A stretch of DNA of 64,000 bases from Candidatus Woesebacteria bacterium (GCA_016432365.1 CP066686.1:874918-938917), one strand, 5' to 3'; numbered from the stretch's first letter, positions 48,222 to 57,590 are shown. Numbers and translations: made by a program. The notes: a model not told the origin generated them from the letters alone.

Positions 48222-48407
48222 ATGGCAAAAAAGGGCGCCCGAGAACTTGTTAGCATGATTTGTTCCGTATGTAAAAATCAAAATTACATTTCTACCCGGA
48301 ATAAAGTTAATATGGACGTAAAAGGTAAAGGTAAGCTCCAAATCAAAAAATATTGCAAATTTTGCCGAAAGTCTCAGCTTCACAAAGAGAGCTCCAAGCT
48401 CAAATAA
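48222..48407 (+). CDS. rpmG: 50S ribosomal protein L33
   Basis: CSVC..NY...NK...L..KKYCKFC...HKE. Confidence 0.95.
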   Translation: MAKKGARELVSMICSVCKNQNYISTRNKVNMDVKGKGKLQIKKYCKFCRKSQLHKESSKLK

Positions 48408-48459
48408 ACCTTACTTAGCTTTTGCCCACTCCCCTTGATATAATTAAACGTATCAATTT

Positions 48460-48533
48460 AGGGTCGTCGTTCAACGGCAGGACAGCGGTCTCCAAAACCG
48501 CTAATGATGGTTCGATTCCATCCGACCCTGCCA
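48460..48533 (+). tRNA. tRNA-Trp(CCA)
   Basis: AGGGTCG/CGACCCT, loop CTCCAAA, encoded CCA end. Confidence 0.95.
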
Positions 48534-48615
48534 CATTTAGTTCACTTAGTTACGAACGTGGCTGGCCATGTAAATGAAAGAAGATAAGGTGTGTTATAAT
48601 TTATCAGATAGAAAC

Positions 48616-49005
48616 ATGGTAGATACACAAATCGAGCAAGCTGGTGGAAATGAAATAAAACAAGCCCCTCCTCATTACGTAATCACAGTAGAAGATTTTT
48701 ATAGCGGTCACTATGCCGACAAAATAACACAAGGTGAGTGTGTGGTAGGCAAACTCTTCGGTGAGCCAAAAAGAGAAGATTATGATTCTGAGGCTGAGTA
48801 TCAAAGTAATCAAGCCGCTTTTGACCTCGTTATAAAAATAAATCCTACAGGAAATTTACAAACTTTTAATACGGTTGAAAAACAAGGTGATTACTATTTA
48901 ATGACATCTTTTGATAAAAGTGGTGGTGTTGGAACAATGCCAATGAGCGGAGACGAAAAACTTCTTGTATTTTCAAGGACTCCAAAATTATCTTCAGGTA
49001 GTTAG
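48616..49005 (+). CDS. hypothetical protein
   Basis: ORF 48574..49005; TATAAT upstream of ATG 48616. Confidence 0.55.
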   Translation: MVDTQIEQAGGNEIKQAPPHYVITVEDFYSGHYADKITQGECVVGKLFGEPKREDYDSEAEYQSNQAAFDLVIKINPTGNLQTFNTVEKQGDYYLMTSFDKSGGVGTMPMSGDEKLLVFSRTPKLSSGS

Positions 49006-49731
49006 AAACTAAAAATTTGCCATTTGCAGAGTAGCAACCCCTACTTTACAACCCTCATTCTGCTTGTCGGTATATTCTCCGGGATCAGAATTTCTGGTAA
49101 ATTAAAATCCCCATAATCGCCTTCACTCCCATCGTGCCCTTCCTTTAGATATTCGGATAAAGGTTTCGCTGTTTCCCAGTAACTTTTTGCGTATGATCTA
49201 GCCGCTTCTAATCCAAAACCCTCCAAATAAGAATCGGCCTCGGTATAATACTCGCCTTCTGCTACGACCGCATTTTGCATTTTCGGATCTATCATGGCTT
49301 CAACAATCACACTTTTTTTGGGGTCGTATGACAAACCCACATTAAACCTATCCGGTCGCCTTGGAAAAGCAAAAACACGTTTAGTTCTATCGACGCCTAC
49401 ACCCATATCCTGTGCCGTTTGATTAAATATTTCCTCAAGTTTTTGTTGTCGCCCGTTCATTCGATTATCTTCAACACGAAAACCATTATCAGCGACATGC
49501 TGCAAACTTTCTTTGCTTACTAGGATGTATACAGGGATAAACCCTTTTGGAATCTCACCGAAATCTCTCAAGGAAAATGGGATCTCATTTTTTGTGGATA
49601 GATTTTGATTATGCGTTTCTAACCCGTCGGCCTCAAGAGCATCAGCATTCATATTTTAACTATACATTATGAAGGCTGTAGCTCAAATTGTTTTAGATAC
49701 CTTCAGGTAGTTGGAAACTAAAAATTTGCCA
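48992..49731. repeat. 31-bp direct repeats (1 mismatch) at 48992-49022 and 49701-49731
   Basis: CTTCAGGTAGTT(A/G)GAAACTAAAAATTTGCCA. Confidence 0.9.
49041..49652 (-). CDS. hypothetical protein
   Basis: 203 aa ORF between direct repeats. Confidence 0.7.
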   Translation of the reverse strand: MNADALEADGLETHNQNLSTKNEIPFSLRDFGEIPKGFIPVYILVSKESLQHVADNGFRVEDNRMNGRQQKLEEIFNQTAQDMGVGVDRTKRVFAFPRRPDRFNVGLSYDPKKSVIVEAMIDPKMQNAVVAEGEYYTEADSYLEGFGLEAARSYAKSYWETAKPLSEYLKEGHDGSEGDYGDFNLPEILIPENIPTSRMRVVK

Positions 49732-49764
49732 CTTTTCCGAGGGATTTCCATCCAGACCCGCAAA

Positions 49765-50313
49765 CTATTTAGGCAAGAAAAGGAAATCAACCAAGGTTTT
49801 TATTTGTTCTTCTATGTTTTGAGTTCGTATTGAATTGTCTATAACAATTCTCTCCTCAATATCCATTGGACTGTCGACCTCTCTCGATATGTATTGGCCG
49901 TCGATATTTCCTTTTCCGGCAACTTCTTCTTCACAAACAACCTCAATCCAAACAACTTTCTTGTTATTTCTCTGGGCCAATCCTACCGCTTTTTGCCGAT
50001 ATTCCAACTTCGAAAAAGTCGCATCTAAAACAACAGAATGTGCCCCCTCATCAAATAGTTTTTGTGCATTATCAAGCATATCTTCTAGGGCTACTTCCGA
50101 GTGCCAAGGCTCATATTGAATTTCAGAAATTCTTTTTCGCCTAAATACGTCGCTAGACAGTGTTGGGGTTTCCAATCGAAGACTGATTTCGTTAGCTATT
50201 GTGGTTTTTCCTACACCAATTTTTCCAAACACAACCACAACAATAGGCTCGGAAACACTTATTCGTAATTCTTTTGATTCAAACCCCGTTGCTTTAACCT
50301 TCTCAATACCCAT
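49765..50313 (-). CDS. P-loop kinase (AAA_33-like)
   Basis: GKIGVGKTT, LSSDVFR, VVLDATF. Confidence 0.8.
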   Translation of the reverse strand: MGIEKVKATGFESKELRISVSEPIVVVVFGKIGVGKTTIANEISLRLETPTLSSDVFRRKRISEIQYEPWHSEVALEDMLDNAQKLFDEGAHSVVLDATFSKLEYRQKAVGLAQRNNKKVVWIEVVCEEEVAGKGNIDGQYISREVDSPMDIEERIVIDNSIRTQNIEEQIKTLVDFLFLPK

Positions 50314-50349
50314 ATGCAACAATCATACCAAAATTGAGCAAGCTTTCGA

Positions 50350-50415
50350 CTACACTTTACTCATTCCCAACTTTTTGGGCCAGGAGTCGCCCTTCGGAGT
50401 AATTATAAACATCAT
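50350..50415 (-). pseudogene. orphaned duplicate of the 3' end of the C39-like peptidase gene
   Basis: encodes MMFIITPKGDSWPKKLGMSKV*; 50366-50415 identical to 51425-51474. Confidence 0.9.
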
Positions 50416-50591
50416 TTTTTATCAGTTGCGTCAAATCTTTGTACAACACTCCTAAAACCCCTGTCCACCTTTCTAACGGTTGGGGCACTCTATCTAATAT
50501 CAACTAAGGAATTTAGTCACCTGCCATAAACCAATTGCACTCCAACAATTGTTTGTCAACGATTTCTAACAATTGGTATACTAGATTCTCC

Positions 50592-51461
50592 ATGTCTGAT
50601 CGTCCACAACAAGAAAAGGAATTTCGAATACGACCGTCTTTATTCGATTCTTTAGACCTACTTCCGCAGACTCCAGAACAAGCCTTAAAGTTCGGTGCTG
50701 AGTATTACAAAGAATTTCTTGAACCGGTTCTTCCGGGACTGGCCAGCGAAGTTGCAAAAATTCAGCAAGAAACAGGTGTACCAAATGACAAAACAGCATG
50801 TGTCTTCTTGGAAAGAGACGCTAGGCCTGCAATGCTTGCCTGGCACGAACTCACGACAGGATCCTCCCTCACTTCACTTTCAATACCAATTTCTGCAACG
50901 CAAATGGACGAAATATTTGAACTTTACCCGCCGTTCGAAAATGCAAACCTTGGACTCATTAAAAATCCCGACGAATGGTCCCGAACTTGGGCACATGAGA
51001 TTGATCCACTTTTCCATTATTTTGGAAATTCCCAAAATTGGGTTGATGCTATACGCGAAAGTCACGGCAAAAAACTAGCTAATACTAAACTCATTAATGT
51101 TGTTGATATCGGATACCACGGCAGCGCCGTTGAAACTGGACGTTACTTACTAAAAAGGGCTTTTCCTGATAAAACAGTAAAATCAATTTTGCTTTATCGT
51201 TACTCAGACGAAATTCCTATACGGTGCGTCAAATCTGACGAAACTACATGGTACGCAGAAAAATCTATCCCCCATACAACATCCGGGTATGCTTTAAGTG
51301 CTGGTAAATACAGGTATCTAAGACCAGAGGCAACAAAAAATAGTATCGAAATTGAAAACCAGTTCTACCGCGGGGTTATTAAGGCAGCCAGAAAAGATAA
51401 AGAGAGATTTAGACTTTTGTCATCCCCAACTTTTTGGGCCAGGAGTCGCCCTTCGGAGTAA
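50592..51461 (+). CDS. hypothetical protein (FLERD and VVDIGYHGS motifs)
   Basis: TATACT upstream of ATG; 3' end overlaps the antisense peptidase gene. Confidence 0.65.
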   Translation: MSDRPQQEKEFRIRPSLFDSLDLLPQTPEQALKFGAEYYKEFLEPVLPGLASEVAKIQQETGVPNDKTACVFLERDARPAMLAWHELTTGSSLTSLSIPISATQMDEIFELYPPFENANLGLIKNPDEWSRTWAHEIDPLFHYFGNSQNWVDAIRESHGKKLANTKLINVVDIGYHGSAVETGRYLLKRAFPDKTVKSILLYRYSDEIPIRCVKSDETTWYAEKSIPHTTSGYALSAGKYRYLRPEATKNSIEIENQFYRGVIKAARKDKERFRLLSSPTFWARSRPSE

Positions 51462-52086
51462 TTATAAACATCATCCTTTTGTCGGTAATAGTACGGGGCT
51501 TGGAAGTTCCCCCAACTTTAATCTCGTTCGAATCCCACCAGCGCCTTTGAAAATCCTTAATTCTAAATCTTCTGTCCACCCCTGCGAACTTATGGAACGG
51601 GTCAGCAATTCTTAAATAACCTCTGTTTTTATCTACACGGGTAACAACGCCGTAATGCCCATCGTCTTCGTCTGCATCCTCGTAAAAAACTCCCTGCCAC
51701 TCTACACCTACCGGAAATCCATATTTGTTTACAATTGTATCCAAGTCACTTATTTTAGAATTAGCTTTTTTCCAGAAAGAAAAACCACCTTTGCCGGCAA
51801 TTTTAGATGCCCTTGCCAAGTCTCTTACACTCATACCCCATTTTCTGATTTTCTTCTGGGCGCGAAGAGAGGCCACAATTCGTTTTTGAAAAACCTTTAC
51901 TCCCAGGAAGGAGAAAAGCATGGCAAGGACGGCAGGGCCACAGCTATAGATGTCTACCTGCTTGATCCTGGCCATTTTAGGGAGGGCAACCCCCTGAAGC
52001 CTGTCCTGTAAGGCCAAAAGACGCCTGACTACCGCCCGAACAGTCCTGTTGGTATTTATTTCCATTTGGCCCAATTGTACGGCCAT
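51409..52086 (-). CDS. C39-like papain-fold cysteine peptidase
   Basis: Q.....CGPA, GHYGVV, IADP. Confidence 0.8.
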   Translation of the reverse strand: MAVQLGQMEINTNRTVRAVVRRLLALQDRLQGVALPKMARIKQVDIYSCGPAVLAMLFSFLGVKVFQKRIVASLRAQKKIRKWGMSVRDLARASKIAGKGGFSFWKKANSKISDLDTIVNKYGFPVGVEWQGVFYEDADEDDGHYGVVTRVDKNRGYLRIADPFHKFAGVDRRFRIKDFQRRWWDSNEIKVGGTSKPRTITDKRMMFIITPKGDSWPKKLGMTKV

Positions 52087-52103
52087 TAGTCAAATTTGTC
52101 CAC

Positions 52104-53177
52104 CTATATATTTCTGGCGTATTTGGAAAGAAGACTTCCAATTGTTTCCGAAAACTCGACTCCATTCATCGACATTACCTCTGTCATCGGAAGACCTATG
52201 TCGGGCCCAAACGCTGTATTGGGATTACTGTCTGTAAAATACGGAATATGAGTATTTTCATCAACCCTTATATCAAACTTTGCATAATCTTTATGTTGTA
52301 ACCCTCCGAAAGCTCTCACCGCAAGTTTTTTGATTTCATACTTTAAACTTTCTTCAACGGGAACATATCTATATGCCCTTGCATCAGAATACGATTCAAA
52401 ACTTGTAAAAAAATGCTTTCCGTCCGGTTTTTTTCTAAATACTTTTTGGGCCATAAAGACATGACGTTTAACGTTGTCTTCAAAAACCACAACCGTAATT
52501 TCCGGCCCATCAATAAACTTTTCTACAATTACAGGAACTTTATAGGTTGAAACCATATGATTGACTCTTAGTTTAGCTGCTCTGTCTGTTTCTTTGACTG
52601 ATGTGTCATTTATACCAACGCTTCCCCCACCTTCATTTAATTTGACTATTAGAGGCAAGCCCAAATCTTCGTCGATGTTTGTTCCGGCGCGACGAATAAA
52701 CTGAAAAGGAGGAGTCGGAACATCGTAAGCCATAAGAAGTCTCTTTGTTAAGTTACGGTTATTACCAATAATTAAGCCTTCCATTCCGGCACCGGTATAG
52801 GGAATGTTGGCAAGCTCAAGAGCCGCCGGAACCGATGGCTGAAGCTGATCTCGACCTTTTAATGTATCAACAAGGTTAATGACCAGATCGGGTCTGTCCA
52901 CCAACAAGTTGGTATAAAAATATTGATCCCCGGGAAGGGTGCGAGTGGGAATTCCGAGTTTCCTAACTTCTTCTGATACCTCAATTGCCCTCGCTTCTAC
53001 TTCGATTTCGGCTTCATATGCATCTTTAGTAGCAAAATTCTCCCGTTCAACAGATGAGTAAGCCACAACAACCAGCCGGAATTTTTTGAGAGCCTCTTTA
53101 TCTACAGACAACTTAATGTTTTCCCTGGACGGAGATTTTTTTATTTCGACTTCTTCCTCGACTTTGGCAGTGGGCAT
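52104..53177 (-). CDS. D-Ala-D-Ala-ligase-like ATP-grasp protein
   Basis: LELANIPYTG, PLIVK...GGSVGI, VEKFIDG.E, FDIR, DSNPN. Confidence 0.85.
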   Translation of the reverse strand: MPTAKVEEEVEIKKSPSRENIKLSVDKEALKKFRLVVVAYSSVERENFATKDAYEAEIEVEARAIEVSEEVRKLGIPTRTLPGDQYFYTNLLVDRPDLVINLVDTLKGRDQLQPSVPAALELANIPYTGAGMEGLIIGNNRNLTKRLLMAYDVPTPPFQFIRRAGTNIDEDLGLPLIVKLNEGGGSVGINDTSVKETDRAAKLRVNHMVSTYKVPVIVEKFIDGPEITVVVFEDNVKRHVFMAQKVFRKKPDGKHFFTSFESYSDARAYRYVPVEESLKYEIKKLAVRAFGGLQHKDYAKFDIRVDENTHIPYFTDSNPNTAFGPDIGLPMTEVMSMNGVEFSETIGSLLSKYARNI

Positions 53178-53228
53178 ATATATATAGTAAAAGGTAAAAA
53201 GTAAAAGGTAAAGATGTATAATTTTGAT

Positions 53229-53678
53229 ATGAAGAATAAGCAGAGCTTGCCATCAAATGGTAAAGTATTGGTTGGCGGGTGTTTTGATATTCTGCATTAT
53301 GGACATATTCACTTCCTTAAACACGCTAAGGCTTTGGGAAACCATCTTGTGATTGCTCTCGAGTCAGACAAAAATATCAAAAAATTAAAAGGGGTCGGGC
53401 GCCCCATTCATGATCAGAATAAAAGACGTGAAGTTCTTGAATCTTTAAACTTTGTAGATGAAGTAATAATTTTGAAAGACGAAATGCGCGATAGCGATTA
53501 TTTTGAACTGGTTGACAGGGTCCGACCCCTGGTAATCGCAGTCACCGCCGGAGACCCGATGATTGAAAAAAAGAAGTCTCATGCCTTCAAGGTCGGAGCC
53601 AAGGTTATTGAAATCCCCAAAATCGATTCGCCCTCAACGACACAAATTGCCAGGCTTTTAGAACTTGAGACAAATTGA
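53229..53678 (+). CDS. cytidylyltransferase/adenylyltransferase (FAD synthase- or TagD-like)
   Basis: GGCFDILHYGH, KG..RP, VDEV, STT. Confidence 0.88.
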   Translation: MKNKQSLPSNGKVLVGGCFDILHYGHIHFLKHAKALGNHLVIALESDKNIKKLKGVGRPIHDQNKRREVLESLNFVDEVIILKDEMRDSDYFELVDRVRPLVIAVTAGDPMIEKKKSHAFKVGAKVIEIPKIDSPSTTQIARLLELETN

Positions 53679-53762
53679 AAAGTTGACAAATGCAGTAATA
53701 GACCTATAATTAGGCCGAATACACACAAATGTTGTGTAAATCTTGCACCTTAGGAGCAAAAA

Positions 53763-54044
53763 ATGCCCGTAACATATTCGCTTGTAAAACCCGTTGCCAA
53801 TCCCAGTACCAAACCAAGGAAAAAGCGAACAACAGTACATCCAACGGCAAGAGAGATCGTGTTGGAAGCCAAAGGGCTAGATCTGAATAGGGTTGCTTTA
53901 CTGGCACACCAATCTGATGATCTATGTCTTACAAGACCTTTGCCGGCCGGTAAATCTGTAAATTTATGTCTCTACTGTGGCGCCGAAATGGAACTGGATC
54001 AGAACCAGTGCGCAGAATGTGACAACTTTGTTTCCAGTCTCTGA
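53763..54044 (+). CDS. small protein with C-terminal zinc ribbon
   Basis: AGGAG SD; CLYCG...CAECD. Confidence 0.6.
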   Translation: MPVTYSLVKPVANPSTKPRKKRTTVHPTAREIVLEAKGLDLNRVALLAHQSDDLCLTRPLPAGKSVNLCLYCGAEMELDQNQCAECDNFVSSL

Positions 54045-54064
54045 ATGAATCCATTTTTCCTTGA

Positions 54065-54127
54065 GGGGAGCAGAAAAAACAACAAATTTCAAAATTTGAT
54101 TGCATACTCTGCTCCCCGTACCACCCT
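54065..54127. terminator. long hairpin between convergent orphan genes
   Basis: GGGGAGCAGA / TCTGCTCCCC followed by GTACCACCCT. Confidence 0.55.
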
Positions 54128-54213
54128 CTAATCTTTCTCCAAAAAAAACGGGAGAAAAGATTTCCAAGATACAATAGTAAATTGTAAATTCTTGGTTCTC
54201 CCTTCTCCCTTAA

Positions 54214-54639
54214 CTAATGTGTTGACCGTCTTGTGTGCTTTCCGTGTCGGGACGCGTCGTTAGGGCTTAATGAAGCAATGTATTTCGCCTTTTGGATATA
54301 CAGCTCCATCTTGCCTGTACGAAGATTTGGCTGCCATCTTCCTACATCTCCATTAGGAAAATAGACCAACTGGCCAAATTCGGGCCTGCCCTCAGTCTTT
54401 TCGTCCGGCATGGGCTGGCTTTCAACAATCATCGGTCCTGCATCTATTCTCGAAAACCTTTTGGTGTCTTCATCCCGACGATACGTCTCTTTTTTGCCTT
54501 CTTCTCTTTCGACGGTCACAATCCCGGTGACCAGATCGAGCACTCCTTCCAAGAGTTCTCCCTTGCCCTTGACGCTAGCAAAGAAAGTAATTCTCTTTGT
54601 CTTGGCGTTCCCGTCAACATCCGACCGTTTCATTCTCAC
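54214..54639 (-). CDS. hypothetical protein
   Basis: GGAGG SD upstream; 141 aa. Confidence 0.55.
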   Translation of the reverse strand: MRMKRSDVDGNAKTKRITFFASVKGKGELLEGVLDLVTGIVTVEREEGKKETYRRDEDTKRFSRIDAGPMIVESQPMPDEKTEGRPEFGQLVYFPNGDVGRWQPNLRTGKMELYIQKAKYIASLSPNDASRHGKHTRRSTH

Positions 54640-54715
54640 TTCAGCCTCCGATCAAATTTGTACTTAAATTACTGTCTCAAAATGTGCCAGACGAGATTTT
54701 ACCACACACACCATA

Positions 54716-55966
54716 TTATTCCCAAGTCTTGATTTCCCCCTGAGGTAAACGAAATTTTTTTGGAGTTACAAAAAGAAGTAAAACTGACACTACCACTACG
54801 ATCACCCCCACAATACCGAACGTCATTTGTTCCCCTACTTTTGAAGAAATCAGTCCCGTAAACGGTGGGGCAAAAATATATGAGATATTTACCATCGAAT
54901 TGGTTAAACCTATCATTTCTTTTTTCTCTCTACCCATTCTGGCAACAACATCAGAATAAACGCCTTCTATTAATGGATAGCTGATTGATACCGCGATGGA
55001 AGACAGGAGTACCATAGAAAGCTGCCAGAAAACGGTTCCGCTTAATGTTAATGCAATCAAAAATAATCCTGCCAAAATTAACATTTTTTCACTTAAGATT
55101 TTCTTGCCTTTATATATTCCCCACCTGGCAATAATTAAACCCGTGACAATGCCTGGAAATTGGTATATCGGCAAAAACAACCCTCCCCAGAAATTTTCTC
55201 CGGAAAGTTTTTCTGTATAAACCGCACCCGTTGTCCAAAAAGTTGAATCGATTAATCCCAAAAGCAAACTTATTACTATTGCCGGCCACACCACCTTACC
55301 AAGGGTGAGCCAATGCCTAATTTCTAACCCGGGGTTTACTTCGGTTAAATCAACTTTTACAGGAATATCGTGAACTTTTTCTGTAATCAGAAGTAAGATC
55401 AGTGCAGCCACCAAAAATAAAATAATCGAAGCTTCCGTAATGACGTAACCCCTATACAGAAGATAAGATGCAATAAGAGGTCCTAAAAAATAGGCCAAAT
55501 TCAAAAATATTCCGGCTACTCCCCAAGCCGACGAGCGCATGTGTGGAGGCACAGATCCTTCCATAAATTGATAACTGGCGAATGAAATTAGTTCATAATA
55601 AATCCCCCAAAGTGCCATGGTGACAAGAAATATTGAAACAAAAGGCCAAAATATTGTGTTTACGAGAAAAAACGAAGTAAAGCCCGACATCATTATTCCC
55701 CAAAACACAAGTCCTCTTGCGCGGACACCTCGGAGTAACTTTGGAAAAACGATATCTGCCATTAGCCCAACAACAGACTGAAAACTTATAATTAATCCCA
55801 TTACCACAGAGCTCCCCAAAACACTTTGGATCTGAACCGGAGCCCAAAAACTTATAATTCCGTCGCTCAACCTGGCCAAAAACAGAATGAAACAGAAAAG
55901 CAAAATCTTTGGCCAAAATTCATTTTGAGAAATTTGAAGATATCTTCTGGAGAATAACGCAAACAT
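54716..55966 (-). CDS. MFS transporter
   Basis: about 12 hydrophobic segments, LGPLIA, PPFTGLIS..G motifs. Confidence 0.85.
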   Translation of the reverse strand: MFALFSRRYLQISQNEFWPKILLFCFILFLARLSDGIISFWAPVQIQSVLGSSVVMGLIISFQSVVGLMADIVFPKLLRGVRARGLVFWGIMMSGFTSFFLVNTIFWPFVSIFLVTMALWGIYYELISFASYQFMEGSVPPHMRSSAWGVAGIFLNLAYFLGPLIASYLLYRGYVITEASIILFLVAALILLLITEKVHDIPVKVDLTEVNPGLEIRHWLTLGKVVWPAIVISLLLGLIDSTFWTTGAVYTEKLSGENFWGGLFLPIYQFPGIVTGLIIARWGIYKGKKILSEKMLILAGLFLIALTLSGTVFWQLSMVLLSSIAVSISYPLIEGVYSDVVARMGREKKEMIGLTNSMVNISYIFAPPFTGLISSKVGEQMTFGIVGVIVVVVSVLLLFVTPKKFRLPQGEIKTWE

Positions 55967-56084
55967 GATTAATCTTAAGTTCCCCGGAAATTTTATGCAA
56001 GATTTTGAAAATTGAAACATTGTGTATATAATAATGGCCTGTACTGGCACGTTTGTAACAAAAATCTTTTTTCTGGAGAGAAAA

Positions 56085-56351
56085 ATGAGCCAAACTGCAT
56101 GTATTTGCAATCCCTTACACTCCCATAAAAACAAGAGGTGCAAAAGATGTTTCCCTCCCAAGTGGAAACAAAAGAAAATTCAAACCGGAATGACCGGACA
56201 TGACCCCAAGCGGTATGCTGAAATTAAACAGCATGTCGGTATCAAGTTGGGTGAGGCCCTACTTTTGCAAAGCGCACCAATTCCTGTGGAGACCGATGAT
56301 GAAGAACCGACAGAATGGGAAGAAATTGATCGTGAATACGCCGACGCGTAA
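56085..56351 (+). CDS. small protein with Cys/His cluster and acidic tail
   Basis: GGAG SD; CICNPLHSH....CKRC; hairpin 56454-56496 downstream. Confidence 0.55.
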   Translation: MSQTACICNPLHSHKNKRCKRCFPPKWKQKKIQTGMTGHDPKRYAEIKQHVGIKLGEALLLQSAPIPVETDDEEPTEWEEIDREYADA

Positions 56352-56514
56352 CAAATCAGCGTCAAAACCGGCGGTTTCGATCAATAAACACAAAAGCCAA
56401 GGAGCAAGAAAGATAACCAGGGACGGAAAAAAGTAGTTACAATTGAACAAAAATACCGAAAGGTGGAATGAAAATTTCTCAGCCCACCTTTCGGTACGTC
56501 TTTTAAGTTCTTCC

Positions 56515-56556
56515 TTTTCGCTTTTCGCTTTTCGCTTTTCGCTTTTCGCTTTTCGC
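56515..56556. repeat. perfect (TTTTCGC)6 heptamer microsatellite
   Basis: six exact copies adjoining the gmd stop codon. Confidence 0.95.
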
Positions 56557-57587
56557 TATTTAAGTCTCGCTATATGCGCATCTACCATCATGGCAACTAA
56601 CTTTTTAAAAGTAGTTGTTGGTGTCCAGCCCAAGATCTTCTTAGCTTTTGCCGGGTTTGCGACCAACGGACCTGTTTCGGTCGGTCTAACAAATCTTTGG
56701 TCAATCTCTACATAATCCTCCCAATTTAATCCGACGTACTCAAATGCTTCCTCACAAAGCTCCCGAATCGTGTGGGTTTCCCCAGTCCCGATTACAAAAT
56801 CGTCCGGCTTAGGCTGTTGCATAATTAACCACATCGCCTCCACAAAGTCTCCCGTAAAACCCCAATCACGTTTAGCTTCTAAGTTCCCCAAAGCGACTTT
56901 TCCATTTTTGACAATCGGCTCCCCTTCTTCGTTCAAATGATCCGAGTTTTTGATCCCAAGCTTTGCTGCTGCTGCTGCGTAGGTAACCTTTTGCGTAACA
57001 AAATTCAAATGGCGTCTGGGAGATTCGTGATTAAAAAGTATTCCACAGGCTGCAAACATGTTGTAGCTTTCCCTATAAATTCTGGTCATAGAATGCGCGT
57101 AAAGTTTGGCTGCTGCATAAGGATTTGCCGGATTAAACGGTGTATCTTCACTCTGAGGAATTTCTCTAACCCAACCAAACATCTCGGAAGAGCTTGCCTG
57201 ATAGAACTTAGCTCGCGGAACCACATCCCAAACCGCATCAAGCACCCTGTGGGCGCCAAGAGCTGTAATTTCGGCAGTATGGATAGGTTGTTTAAAACTC
57301 TCCGCCGGGTGGCTCTGAGCTGCCAAATTGTATACCTCATCTGGCTGAATCTTTTGAATCGCCTCACGGAGTGACACAGGATCAAGAAGGTCTGCCTGAA
57401 TCAGATGAAGACGATCTTGAATATGGCCAATGTTGTCATAAGACATGTTGCTGCTTTTCCTGACAATCCCGCCTACAACGTCATATCCTTTTTTAAGAAG
57501 CAGTTCCGCCAAATACGAGCCGTCTTGACCGGTTATCCCTGTGATAAACGCCGTTTTGCTCTTGGGGCCCACCTTTTTCTTCGTCAT
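56556..57587 (-). CDS. gmd: GDP-mannose 4,6-dehydratase
   Basis: ITGITGQDGSYLAE, YNLAAQSH, YQASSSE, GILFNHESPRR, RDWG. Confidence 0.97.
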   Translation of the reverse strand: MTKKKVGPKSKTAFITGITGQDGSYLAELLLKKGYDVVGGIVRKSSNMSYDNIGHIQDRLHLIQADLLDPVSLREAIQKIQPDEVYNLAAQSHPAESFKQPIHTAEITALGAHRVLDAVWDVVPRAKFYQASSSEMFGWVREIPQSEDTPFNPANPYAAAKLYAHSMTRIYRESYNMFAACGILFNHESPRRHLNFVTQKVTYAAAAAKLGIKNSDHLNEEGEPIVKNGKVALGNLEAKRDWGFTGDFVEAMWLIMQQPKPDDFVIGTGETHTIRELCEEAFEYVGLNWEDYVEIDQRFVRPTETGPLVANPAKAKKILGWTPTTTFKKLVAMMVDAHIARLK

Positions 57588-57590
57588 GTG

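Noticed and set aside
48534-51461. Prophage or integrative island at tRNA-Trp
   Set aside because: No integrase or phage genes and no duplicated tRNA-Trp 3' end seen.
532-56497. Hairpins after orphan genes as integron attC sites
   Set aside because: No RYYYAAC/GTTRRRY ends found, not arrayed, no integrase in the window.
56443-56715. ORF with FAFRFS repeats
   Set aside because: Artefact of the heptamer microsatellite and antisense to gmd.
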